From the human T2T-CHM13v2.0 reference genome, Homo sapiens, in assembly GCF_009914755.1 (NCBI RefSeq), contig NC_060939.1: a DNA stretch of 64,000 nucleotides. The stretch is one strand, 5' to 3'. Position numbers and translations under genes: made by a program. Numbering within the stretch: the stretch's first letter is position 1; the number at the start of each line of letters is the position of its first letter. The notes below the pieces were generated by a model that searched no databases, was not told where the DNA came from, and saw only the letters and a list, made by a program, of their open reading frames with translations. Below are positions 39,628 through 54,934 of this stretch, piece after piece.

Positions 39628-40329
39628 CCATCTAGTACATTTTTAAAATGTCAGACATTGTAGCTTTCATCTCCAGAAGTTTGCTTTGGGTCCTTTTGCT
39701 TCTTCCACAGCTCTACTTAACTGTTAGTATGCAGTTATAATAACTGTGTTAATGTGTTTGTTTGCTAATTCTAAAATCTGTGTCAGTTCTGCGTCATGTT
39801 TTGGCAGCTTGGTCTGTTTTCCTTCATTATGGGTTGTATTTTCCAGCTTTGTTTCATGCCTGGTAATTTTTTATTTGATGCTAGACATTGTGAAATTTAA
39901 GTTGCTGGCTTGAAAACTCTCTTAAGGCTGTGAGCTAGGGGCAGTCACCAGGCTTGTCGTATTTGTTACCCATTTCTCAGGGATTGCTCTTGTTCATTGC
40001 CTGATGTCTAGTGTCTTCTAAACCATCATTTCTTGCATTTGTTTTGTTTTTTTCTTTGTTTGTGTGTGTTTGTTTCTGACAAGAAGGTAAATCTGATCTG
40101 TTATTTCATCTTGGCTGGAAGCATAACTCCATTGTGATTTAAAAAGCAACGACTAAATAAAAGTTGCTCTGGTTATGGGGAACTGTCAGCATAACTCACA
40201 CCTTGCTTCCTGAATGCACTTCATTTATTATCAGTAAGCCAGGCTTACAGACCAGAGGATGTGAAAGGCCTCTGTAATGATCACACCTAAAGTACTGTGG
40301 GCACATTTTAGGGAAATAGAGGCAATCAG

Positions 40330-40680
40330 AAACATATTCAGAAATGTGACAAGAATATAGAGAGGCAAACTATTTTTGTAGGAAGAACAGTTTAAATGAT
40401 GGAAGGATGTTTGTCCCAGAACGGAAAAGACTCAGAAACTCAGTCATATTCTTCACTTGTCTAAAGGGCTACACAGCAGAAGAATGTATGACTCTAAGGG
40501 CAAGTCCAGGACCAGCAGGCGAAATCTTCAAGGAGATAGATAGACTGAGTTGTCTGGGGCTATAGTGACCACCCCACCACTGGAGGAGTTCAAGCAGCAA
40601 TAGATGGACATGGGATTGAAGTCTCATGAGGGTGTTGGGCTCAGTGTCTTCTAAGGACACCTCCTACCCTGAAACTCCAT
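40330..40680 (+). mobile_element. L3/CR1 3' fragment
   Basis: ggatgtttgtcccagaacggaaaagactcag...ccactggaggagttcaagcag...ctaaggacacctcctaccctga. Confidence 0.55.
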
Positions 40681-42269
40681 TGCCATGTGGAATCCTATCT
40701 TCCTTCATCTCAGACCTTGGGGCAGTAACCCTTGTCCATCTACTGAGCAGGAGAACACCTTCTTCCTTATTGCTTTGGGGCTCCTACTGTAAGTTATTTC
40801 TGTGCTTTCAGAGCTAGCTCTTTAGTCAGCTGAGTGTGCTGCTGCCCAGCCCAACTCATCATTCTAGAATCACCTGGTCCTCTTGAAAGAGGGCAGGGCT
40901 CTTTAAATTCCTGAGGGGCAAGAAACTGGACATCCTTAAAGGCACATGTGTGCTGTTCATGTGAGTCCTGACTGGTATTTGGTGTTTGGAGGAACTGTAG
41001 GTACATGGTAAATGTCATGAAAAGCCATGTGTGCTGGAATGAAGACTTTTGATTTGTGTTTATTTCCTGCAGAGGAATGGTGTGGCCAACTTCTAGGAGT
41101 GATATAGACGACAGGGTAGAGAGGAGATGATTGGAGAGCTAACTGAAGTCGAAGCAGACAGGTTTGGTGTCCATTGATATGCAACTGGTGAGAGGAAGGA
41201 ATAGTGCAGGATGATGCTAAGATTTCTAACCTGAGATATGCAGTCACTAATACATAACAGAAGACAACTCTAGATGTCATTAGCAAAAAGAGAATTCTTA
41301 GATAAATGTTAATGAGTCCCATCATTCAAAGGGGGCCAGCTTTGGAAAATGAACAGAAACCTAGGCAGCTTCCATGGGTTAAAGAAGCATGAAGCCCAGG
41401 GAATATCTGTTAGTAGCAGCAGCCTGCTCAGGACACTGTGCTTTGTTCTGCTGATGAATTTGAACCATCCCTTCACCCCGGAAGGATACAGGGAGGTAAA
41501 ATCTAGCTTCTTTGACTTCCAGAGTGGAAGCTAGTATACCGTCTTCCACCATGATCACTCATAAAGGAGGATTTCTTTCAAGTAAGACGTAGGTTTGGCT
41601 GCTGGTCAGTCTAATTAAGTGACAGATGTTACTGCTGGTAGTGCTGCTTCTAATAGAGATTAGAATGTATACCAGTAAGTGATTGAGTTTTGCTGCGTAT
41701 AACAGAAAATCCCAAATATCAGGGCCTTAAATAAATCTATTTTATATCCAAAGGTAGACAATCTAGAGTTAGTACAATGATTCTGTGATGTAAGCAAGGA
41801 CTCCTTCTCTCAGCTTTCACTCCACAATCGTTATTGTGTGACCCTGGCTTTCCTGCCTTTCGAGATGGCTGCTAGCACTCCCCGGTCATATCTATGTTTC
41901 ATATGGAAAGGAGTGTTCCCAAAAGCCATGCTCATGACTTCTGCATCCATCTGATAGGCCAGAGCCATGTCAGTTGAACACCTCTAACTCTAATGGAGCA
42001 GGCACATTGCCGCTCTGAATAAATCAAGGTTCCTTAGCATGGAAGGAGAGAATGTAAATGATGTATGTCACTAGTGGTCTTTTCCATGGAGAGCAGAAAG
42101 AGGAGGATGTTTTGGTAGAGAGATTTGGGCACGATTTTGAAAGACCTGTGAGACTGAGGTAGACATTTTCAGTAGGTAAGTGAAGGCAAGATCTGGAACT
42201 GCAAAGGAACATCTCGACTAGAGACATAGTCTTGGGTCTCATAAATGTATGGTTAGAAATAGAGGCAAT

Positions 42270-43850
<1,581 letters not shown>

Positions 43851-43889
43851 TGAGGGATAATTACTTAATATGATAAATGTGTGTGCGTG

Positions 43890-45890
43890 CATGTTATATC
43901 TTAGTCCAAAAGGTGATATTTAATGGAGAAAGCCCTGAGACATTTCCACTAAGATCAGAAACAAGGCAATAATGCCCACTATCTCTACTACTATTCACAA
44001 TTATAATAGACATATTATCCCATACAACTAAACAAGAGAAATTAGAGGCAAAAGAATGCACAAAGAAAAAGGAAAACTGTCTCTGTTTTCAGTTTATATA
44101 ATATTACACCTGGAAAAGCCTAGTGAATCAGTGATAAAACGGAAACAAATAATTCAGGTTAATATATGAAAATCAATAGCCTTCATATACATAAACAATA
44201 AACAGAGGCTATAATAGTAGAGAAAGCCACATTTACAATAGTAAAAACAGGATTAAATACTTAGGAATAATTTTAATGAGTACACAAAGTACAAGTATAT
44301 ATGAGGAAAATTTGAAAACAGTCCTGAAAGACACAAAAGTAGGTTTAAACAAATGAGAAAACATCCTTTGTTCTTGGGAGGATAACTCAACATTGTAACT
44401 TCAGGAGATGTCAGTTCTCCTGAAGTTAATTTACAAATTCAATGCAATCCTAATAAAAATATTATCAAGCTATTTTATGGAGTCAGATAAGTTGGTACTA
44501 TCAAAGTTCCTGTGGAAAAACATACCTTCAAGAATAGCCAAGAAAAAATACAACGAATAGTCCTACCAGACATTAAAACATACAATAAAGCCTCTATAAT
44601 TAAAATAGTATGGTACTAGTGCCTGAATAGACAATTGGGCAGTGCAATAGAAGAGACAGTCCAAAATTAGACCCAAACATGTATGGAAATTATATGATAA
44701 AGTTGGCATCTCAAATCACTGCAATTTAAGAAAATGTTGATGGGGCAACTGGATAGCTATTTAGAGAAAGATAAAATTAGATTAATATCCCAAAACTCCC
44801 AAAAGAATAACTCTGAATGGATTAGGGATCTAAATGTGAAAAATAAAACCATAAAAGTATCAGAGGAAAACAAGAGTGAATTTTTCCTTAAGCTTTGTGT
44901 AAGAAATAGCTTTCTAACTATGACTCAGACTCCAGAGGTAAAAAAAGGTTGATAAATCTTACCACATAAAATTTTTGAAATTTTTAAATCACCACAAAGT
45001 CAAAAGACAGGGGACCATCTGGAAGAACATATTCATAACATATACCGCAAGGATTTAATATCCCAAATACAGGGAACTCTTAAAAATGGACAGGCAAAAG
45101 ATCCAAATAGAAAAATGGGAAAGAGACAGAAGCAGACAATTCACTAAAAAACAAGATATAAAAAATGATCCTCAAACATAAAAAGTAATGTTCAAACTCA
45201 CTCATAATTAGAGAAATGCAAATTAGGACAACACTAAGAAATCACTTCTCACCTGTCAGACTGACAAACATTAAATAATGTGACAGCACATTCTGTTGGC
45301 CAAGACTCTGGGGAAGCAGACCTCCTATACATTCCTGGTGGGAATGCAAATTGGTGCAACCCTTCTGGAGGAAAGTTTGGCAAAACAAAACTACATATGC
45401 ACTTACCTTTTGACCCAGCAATCCCACTTCTAGGGATCCACTCCGAAAACGCACTTCTGATGATAATAAAACACATATGCACAAGGTTATTCATTGCAGC
45501 ATTGTTTCTCATTGCAAAATATTGGAAACACCTAAACGTCCAGTATTTAGTGGTTGAATAAATCATGGCACATCAATAAGATGAAGCAGTGTGCAGTTAT
45601 AAAAAAGAATTGAGGAAGAGCTGTATGAATGAATATGGAGTGAATTCCAGGACATAGTGTTCAGTGAAGTAAGCAAAGCCCAAGAGTGTCTACAGTAAAC
45701 AGCTCTTCATAGAAGAAAGAAGAGGACATGAGAAAGTGTACATGTATCTGCACATTTGTGCAAAAGAAATGCAGTAAGGATAAACCAGAAATGAAAGAGA
45801 CTGGTCACCTACAGAGGGTGAATGGAACAAGGATGGAAAGAAGACAGAATGTAGTGTAGTGAGAGTGACATTTCTCCGGCTCACAAAACC
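43890..45890 (+). mobile_element. Old L1M ORF2-3'UTR fragment (~2 kb)
   Basis: ORFs 44734-44952 (EWIRDLNVKNKTIK) and 45280-45561 (HLPFDPAIPLLGI...RLFIAALFLIAKYWK) are decayed L1 ORF2. Confidence 0.85.
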
Positions 45891-46017
45891 ATAGTGATAT
45901 TTAACGTGCTCTTATCAATGTCTGGAGTGAGGGGTTGTCACTGTACTTGTGTGACTCTATCACTGTGAACCCTTGGTCCGACCCAGTGTGGAAATATTTG
46001 CGTTAAGTGTCATGCAG

Positions 46018-46420
46018 TGTAAAAGGAAATGTTCTACTTAACAGCACTTGCCTATGAGGTATCAAAAAGGAATGCTTGTTTTCACTACGACAGTTCTAAC
46101 CAACTGCAGATGTTTAAGAACCTTGCACTGTGAAGGACCCCAGATACCAGACCCACATTGGACCAAACAGAAGACTGTTTTCTAACCCCTGTGAAGAGTG
46201 AGGATTGTTTTAACCAGTTCCTTTCTATCTGGAGCACTAGTTTTCAGTGCTTAGCATAACCATCACCAGTGTCTCCTTTCTAGCCCTTAAACAACCCTGA
46301 CTTCCCCCTACAAGGGGAAACACTGGTTGTGCTCCCTTGCCTGACAAGTTAGTAACCAGCTTCAGTGGTTTTTACTTGTGTTTCTTTTGCCTCAGATGGT
46401 CTTTGTTTCATTCTTTGTCA
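46018..46420 (+). mobile_element. Putative ERV-type solo LTR, 403 bp, ending 365 bp upstream of the 46786 exon
   Basis: TG...CA ends (tgtaaaagg...tttgtca) with perfect 4-bp TSD gcag at 46014-46017 and 46421-46424. Orientation is inferred and the family is not identified. Confidence 0.6.
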
Positions 46421-46785
46421 GCAGATAAGAGAGATATTTACATAAGCTGAAAGACCCATATTGGCTTCTTACTGAAATATCCTAAATAAATGTTTTGTCC
46501 AAGTTGTACAAGTGTACAGAATAACTATTTCCATTTCATCTTCCTTAATTTCCTCTGCATCATCCACAGATGGAGATGATAATGTACCATAAAATTATCA
46601 AAAGACATCAGGCAGAGAGAAGCAGGAACTGAGTGAGGAACTGGTTAATTCATTGGCTGGCTTCCCAGCCCTGCATGGCCAACACTCACTGTATTTTCGA
46701 TTGCTTAAATAAAATCGTGGACACTTTTCTTCTTTCCCATTCACCTTGGGCATATTGTTGATGACACAGGTATTTCCCATTTCAG

Positions 46786-46862
46786 GAATGACCATACCTG
46801 AAGAAGACGCTGATGTGGGACAAGGCAGTAAATATTGCCTCGTGGCAATTGGGAGACTCCAG
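46786..46862 (+). CDS. ARNT2: ARNT2 coding exon (probably exon 9), 77 nt, phase 1-0
   Basis: Acceptor tttcccatttcag|GA; encodes (G)MTIPEEDADVGQGSKYCLVAIGRLQ; donor CAG|gtaaga; follows a 36.8-kb intron. Confidence 0.97.
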
Positions 46863-48226
46863 GTAAGAAAAAATTCGTAGCCTTTTTAATCTTAAATGAA
46901 GGCTTATTGCCACAAAGTGCAGAAGACTGTCGGTTTGGCTGCCTATTCTGATCACCTGTGTTCTTGGTATTTGTTGGGTTTCGTGTCTCACTCTGTGGGA
47001 CAAGGCTGAGGCCAAATCTAGAAGAGAAGGGGACTGTGAGCTGTAAGCAGAGTTCTTACTGAATTGAGGGGTTGCATCAGTTCATCCCCCATGCTTGTGC
47101 TGGTTGCCACAAACTTGCGTTCTGCTCACATCACATCCCTGCTTAACCCCCTTGACTGTTTCCCCAGAGTCTATGGGATGAAGTCCAAGCTCATCATTAC
47201 AACTTTATCTCCTTGCCTTCTTCCTCTCTCACATCTTATTCCCACACAGCACCATTCCCCTTTCTATAAACCCCCACCTCTACGGGTGTTCACAGGCTGT
47301 TTCTTCTGCCTGGTATTTCCTTGTTCTCCTTCTTCTCCTTTCAGTGTTCCTTATCCTCCTTATCTGCTCATCTTTCAAGACCCAACTAAAATGTCTCCCT
47401 GATCTTAGTCTAAATCAATCCTTCTCTCCTCCCTATTCTCATAGCACTGAGCTCTACCCTCAGTTACTCTTCTTTCACTGTCTGTTGCAGGTAGTAAGTT
47501 GAGTGCATGCTCATCCCCGCAAGCTCCTCAAGGCCAGGGAACGTGTCTTTTATTGTGTGAAGGTTAAATTTGCTCAATGTCTGGCACACACAGTAACCAC
47601 TCATTCAACTGGACTGTTCATTCTCCCTAGGACATTGAGGGTCTTCCCCATGCTGAAGAGGAGAGACATACTAGACCTGGTTCAGATACACTAATCCCTG
47701 GTTTCCTAGTTCTGACCATTTTCAGACAAATGAATAGGTAATTTCATCCATGTATGGGTATTGCTTGCACATGGGTGAAGAAAGAATATTTGGGTAAATT
47801 CAGTTCACAAATATATATGCTCCAAGTATTTTAACTAGTTCCTTAGGCTCGTTTGCCATCCTTAGTAAAGGGAAGGTGGGGGAAGAGAAGGGGATTAACA
47901 TTTATTGAGCACCAACTTGAGCAAATGCCAAGGTTTAACATGCAATATCCCTTTTAAGGCTCACAAATGCCCTGTGAGATTATAGGTTTTATTATTCCCA
48001 TTGGTTGATAAGGCAACTGAAGTTCAGAAATGTAAAGAAAGTGGCCAACTGTTACAGTTAAAGATGTGACCAGGGATAGATATTTGAACACTTTAGGGTC
48101 ATCGTACTAAATGACATGGAAGGATCTTTGAAGTGAAATGCACATGGATTATTCTTCTCATCTCTGTCACCATCTCCATCTCGTCTCTGTCAACACCACC
48201 TCAACTGTGGATTTTCCCCATCCCAG

Positions 48227-48361
48227 GTGACCAGCTCTCCTGTATGCATGGACATGAATGGGATGTCGGTGCCCACAGAGTTCTTATCCCGGCATAACTC
48301 CGATGGAATCATCACATTTGTGGATCCAAGATGTATCAGTGTGATTGGCTACCAACCCCAG
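48227..48361 (+). CDS. ARNT2: ARNT2 coding exon (probably exon 10), 135 nt, phase 0-0, start of PAS-B
   Basis: Acceptor ttttccccatcccag|GTG; encodes [45 protein letters not shown]; donor CAG|gtgagt. Confidence 0.97.
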
Positions 48362-48799
48362 GTGAGTAGATAGTTTTGAGCTCATGGCAATTGACTAGAG
48401 ATTTAATTGTTTTTAAAACATTCTTACTTCATTTGAGATACAACACAATGGCCATGTGGAGAAACATCATAAAGACCCATATACCCTGCCTAGATAGAAC
48501 GATAGATATCCTTCCAAGGCAAGAAAAGACGTTGTAAACACTTGTGCCACTTAACATGGACTCTTTCTTCTTTGCCCTCACTGTTATGTTTCTCTAGTTG
48601 ATTTTTCACAAACTGGAATTAAGATGTTCTATTAATAGGGGATCTCTTATTAATATTCATTACAAAGCTCATTAATGTGGAAGACCCTGCAAATCCTGGT
48701 AAAGATGCCTACCTAATTTTGCCTAACCTCTTGTTTCTCAAGTGCATTTGGAAACCTTTTTTTGTATAGGTGGCACGTCTTTAGGTCTGTGTTCTAGAC

Positions 48800-49335
48800 T
48801 CTTTTTTGAAAAGTCAATGTCATAAGAAACAAAAAGGCAGGAGCAGTTGTCCCAGATTAAAATAGACCAAAGAGATAAAATAATAATATGCCACATAAGG
48901 GCCTTAATTGTGTCCTGGGCCTCAAGACATATTGATAGAAAAGACATTTAGGAGACAATTGAAATGTTAATATGTACAGAATATTGGGTGATGTCATTGA
49001 ATAATTATTGATTTTCTTAGGTTTAGTATAGCACATGATAGCACATTGTCGTTTTGTAAGATAATCTCATTTTTATGAGATACATGCTAAAATACTTTGA
49101 GAAGTACCATGATGTCCACAACTCAATTTCAAATGGTTCAGTAAGAAATTAAGTATATTAAGTATATACATGCATATGTATGAATATATACACATATATG
49201 AAGAAAAAAATGCAAATGTGATAACATATTGATAATTATTGAATATACATAAAGGATATATAGCAGTTTATTGTACTATCAACTTTTCTGTAGATTTAAA
49301 TTTATTTAAAAATAAAAAGCTTTTTTATAAAAGAA
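48800..49335 (+). mobile_element. L1MC-like 3' end
   Basis: aaagtcaatgtcataag...cagattaaaatagaccaaagaga...gagatacatgctaaaatactt...aataaaaag. Confidence 0.7.
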
Positions 49336-49713
49336 AAAATATTTATTCTGAGCAACTACGTTTGGGATATGTAGATATGAGTATTTTAATGATGTGTATT
49401 TTAGGACTAGAAGCAGTTCAAACTAGAACTATTAGGACTCTGCATATAATTCTGCATCTCTAGATTCATATAAACCTCGAGATTCTTGGATGAAATAAAG
49501 GGAGAAATTGATTTGTTTCCAAATTCACCCCAACCTCTGATGGCAGCCAGACCCATTTATCTAGTGGCACCTCCCAGGGGCATCCAGTTGCTCCTTGGCA
49601 CACAGATAGGACTTCCCCTCCATTGCCAGTGTCAGCATTCACTTAGACCATTTGCTGATTTGGATTGCGATCTATGAGTTAGTTTAAATCTTTTGCTGTT
49701 TAAGACACTTCCT

Positions 49714-50071
<358 letters not shown>

Positions 50072-50651
50072 TTATCCGTTAACAGTTTATCTTATTCTGA
50101 TCAGTTTCATTGTGAAACACACTTTTGTTTTGGGCTAATGCTATGTCCTTTGAATGTAGCATAGACTAATGATGATAAATAGATAGTAAATAGGCTTTTA
50201 ACAAGTACAGTTATTTTATGATAACCTCATTTTTTCAGCCACAGGAGAGCTACAATTTCCACATTTAAACAATTCCAGTTTTCATAAGCAACACATCTGT
50301 CCTCAGGCTATCATTTTGCTTTCTTTTTATGTTATTAAAGTATGTTTATTGCAGTTTGCCTCTCCAAGACAAACAAAAATAAAATTGCATTCTGAAGCTA
50401 CTGATGTAGTGCCTTAGCAAAATTAGAAATGGATATTGAGCATGCCAGAAGAACTTAGAGTGAATACCAAGAAGCCAGTTCTCTGACGGCTCCCAGGGAA
50501 ATTTTGCACTCACTTTTTCAAAAAATCTGGGGTGGGACAGGCTAAAGGAGATGAGTTAAAGGAGATGGAAATGAACACTGTTGTATCACAGTGAGTATAC
50601 AAATAATTACAAATGGATCTGGGATTATTAAAGCTTGTCTCTTTTATTTAG

Positions 50652-50726
50652 GATCTTCTGGGAAAGGACATTTTGGAATTCTGCCACCCTGAGGATCAAA
50701 GCCATCTGCGTGAGAGCTTCCAGCAG
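50652..50726 (+). CDS. ARNT2: ARNT2 coding exon (probably exon 11), 75 nt, phase 0-0, PAS-B
   Basis: Acceptor ctcttttatttag|GAT; encodes [25 protein letters not shown]; weak donor CAG|gtacat. Confidence 0.97.
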
Positions 50727-51258
50727 GTACATACTGCCAGTACCCACTTAAAGCTGATGCATAGTCTGGGCACCTGTGGATGTGGCTGGCAGGACATTAG
50801 TCCTACTATGTGCCAGGCAGGCTGCAAGGTCCTACCTATGGCCTCACTCAGGGCCCCTGCTAGGAAGTCACTCACAGTCTAGTAGGGAAGACAGACACAC
50901 ATCAGTAAATAAGTACTATGTAATAGGAGGAGAACTCTAAAGGGTCATGAAGAAAAACATTGCAGAGCACAGAGGCTGGAGAGGTTAACTGCATGGGGAA
51001 GAGGCAGGAATTGTTCCAGGGGAGAGAATAACTGGGATGGGTCTTAAAGGATGAGCATAGAATAAATGAGTGAACATTCTAGACTGAAGGGGCAGCCCTA
51101 GAGATGCAAAAGGGAGAATCCTAAGCAGTTCCTAGTGGCTGGAGTGACACTGGCTGACTTGGAGGAGGTGGGCAGTGGTGACAGAATGAGCCTGGTACAG
51201 CCAAGTTATGAAAGGCCTCTTAACCCATGCTGAAGAACATGGATTCTCTCCTCAGTCA

Positions 51259-52025
<767 letters not shown>

Positions 52026-53024
52026 TTAAAATTGTCCAAGTAAGAGGTGATGTGGCCAGAATATGGGCAGGAGCAGTGGGAATTTGAAATAGGGGGCAAC
52101 TTGAGGAGACAGTTGTTTGATGAGTGCTGATGCTTTGGATAGACATGGTGAAGAGAGAGAGGGATTTAGGATGACCTGGGAGCCCAAGAGGGTGGCCACC
52201 TGAGTAACAGTGTCATGCACATCGTGACTGTTAGCTGCTGTGTACCGAGCACCTACTGTGTGCCAAACATATGGGAAGCCTTGTCCCATGCACTATTAAA
52301 TCTGCACAGTAGTCGGAGGAGGTAGGCATCATCATCTTCATGTTACAGGTGAGTGTAGTGAGGCTTGGTGACCTAAAAGCACCGTCCCGCCACACAGGTG
52401 ATGAATGAGAGAACCAGGATTCACATGGAGGAGTTTCAGCTTCCTGAGCCCAGGTTCAGCTGAGGTGAGAGAGAGAACACACCTCCTCTCTCCACAGGGC
52501 TCTCACATCTTGCTTCAGCCCTAGGAAAGAATAGAGCGGGCAGTGTTCTATTCAAGTAAAGAGGCCCTTGAGTTACTTTTCAAGAGGGAATAATAGTTTG
52601 TCATGCCTCTGAGAAAACATGTGCTTGACATTCTGCCTTACAAGTATCTAAGAGTGGGCCTCTCTGACCGCCAAGCCTTCCTATTGAAGGCGTTGCTATG
52701 TTTGCACAAATTGACACAGGACTCCAAATTTATGCCACGTATGTGGATAGAACTCTTAACCCCCACTCCTCCCTGCACACTCTGCTCCTTCCTTTCATAA
52801 CATCAGCCACTCCTGGCTTTCTTCCCACTTCTGGCCTCCTCTGCTGGTTTCTCCTCTTCTGCCTTCTTCTACAAGCCATGATGGATGATGCCCCAGGGAT
52901 CTCCCCTTGGCTGCCTTCTCTCCTCCCTGTGATGTCTCCCTGGATAATCCTACCCATGGGATGACTCCAGCCCAGACTGTCCCTCCTGCTCCACACTTGC
53001 TTATACACCACTGGGGTAGTAGCC

Positions 53025-53164
53025 CACTGGGGTCTACTTGAGGGTGGACAGTGGGAGGAGGGAGAGGAGCAGAAAATATAACTATTGGGTACTGGCCTTA
53101 ACACCTGGGTGATGAAATAATCTGCACAACAAACCCCTGGGACATGAGTTTACCTATGTAACAA
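53025..53164 (+). mobile_element. 140-bp tailless L1PA 3'UTR fragment
   Basis: cactggggtctacttgagggtgg...ctgggtgatgaaataatctgcacaacaaaccc...gagtttacctatgtaacaa; homologous to 6930-7067 in this window. Confidence 0.85.
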
Positions 53165-53887
53165 CTGGCTGCTACTCCACACTGCCACGTGAATGCCCCA
53201 CAGCCCTCAAATGCAGAATGCCTGAATCCTTTCCCAGCCCCCAGTCCTCCTCTCATCACCATCCACCTGTTTGCCCAGGCCAGAAACCAAGAAACATCCT
53301 TAGCCCTTCCCTCAATCCCACTCCACACATTCAGCCCCTCCTCTCTTTCTTCTTTCCTACCCCCCTGAACCAGATCACCCCATCTCCCATTCTGACCATT
53401 GCAGTCATTTCCTTGCTGGTCTCTCTGCTTTTACTCTTACTCTACTCCAAGCCATTCGGAAGACATAAATTAGGTTTTGCCACGTCTTTACTTAAAACAT
53501 GCCAACAGGGCATTTAGAATCAAATCCAAGCTCCTTATCATAGCTTCATGCTGTATGTATACCTGGCCCCGTCTCATCCTCATGTGGACACTACTCTTGA
53601 GTCACGCTGGCCTTCTTTTTGTTCCTTGAACATGCTTTTCCCAACCTCAGGGCCTTTGCACATGCTGTTCCCCTGAGGGAATGCCTTTCCTTCACTCTTC
53701 ACATTACTGACATCTTATCCTTCAGCTTTCCACTCATGTTGTCTCAGGGATGCCCTCTGTGGTCACCCTAGCTAAGAAAGTCACCCCAGCCTCCTTCTAA
53801 GTCCCTTGTTTTCCTTCATAGCAACTATTTATTTGTCCATTGGCTTGTTTGGGGGGTTGTTTTTCTGTCTTCCTTACCAGAACCTGA

Positions 53888-54349
<462 letters not shown>

Positions 54350-54901
54350 TGAAATTGGAATGGTTAAGCATTGTAAGGGGATGTGTTTTTGTGCCATATG
54401 TTTGCTGACTATGTGGAAATTATGATAAACTTTGCATCGTTTAGCAGTCAGGTTTGGGCTGGGTGGGCTTTATTTTTGTGGGTTAATGGAAATGGAGCTT
54501 TAACAGTGGTGGGGGCCTCCATTCTGTGCCCAGTAACTGGCCAGACCCATTTCATTATCTTATGTAATCCTCAAACCTACACAGTAAGTGTTGTCTTCCC
54601 CATTTTTTTCACAGTAGACACTGGGAGGTGCAGTTGCCTGCCCCAGGTTACAGAGCCCAGGCCTGTCTCCCTCCAATGCATTCAATCACAACACCACACC
54701 CCACACATGGGCCTCTCCATCCAACAGCACATCCAAGGCTTCAGACTGCTGACGCTGTCAGAACCGGTTGGTTTTGAAAAGACAAAGAAGGAATTTAACA
54801 TCTGATCCCACCCTGATATCCAGGTTAAGTAACTCTCACTCTGTGAGCAGCCACCACATTTCTCCAGTGGGATGGGAGGCCGAGACAGCAATGCCGGCAG
54901 T

Positions 54902-54934
54902 CCCAGCCCCAGCCCCAGACCCAGCCCCAGCCCC
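54902..54934 (-). repeat. (GGGGCT)n hexamer repeat, G-quadruplex-capable on the minus strand
   Basis: cccagccccagccccagacccagccccagcccc, giving six G-tracts on the minus strand. Confidence 0.8.
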
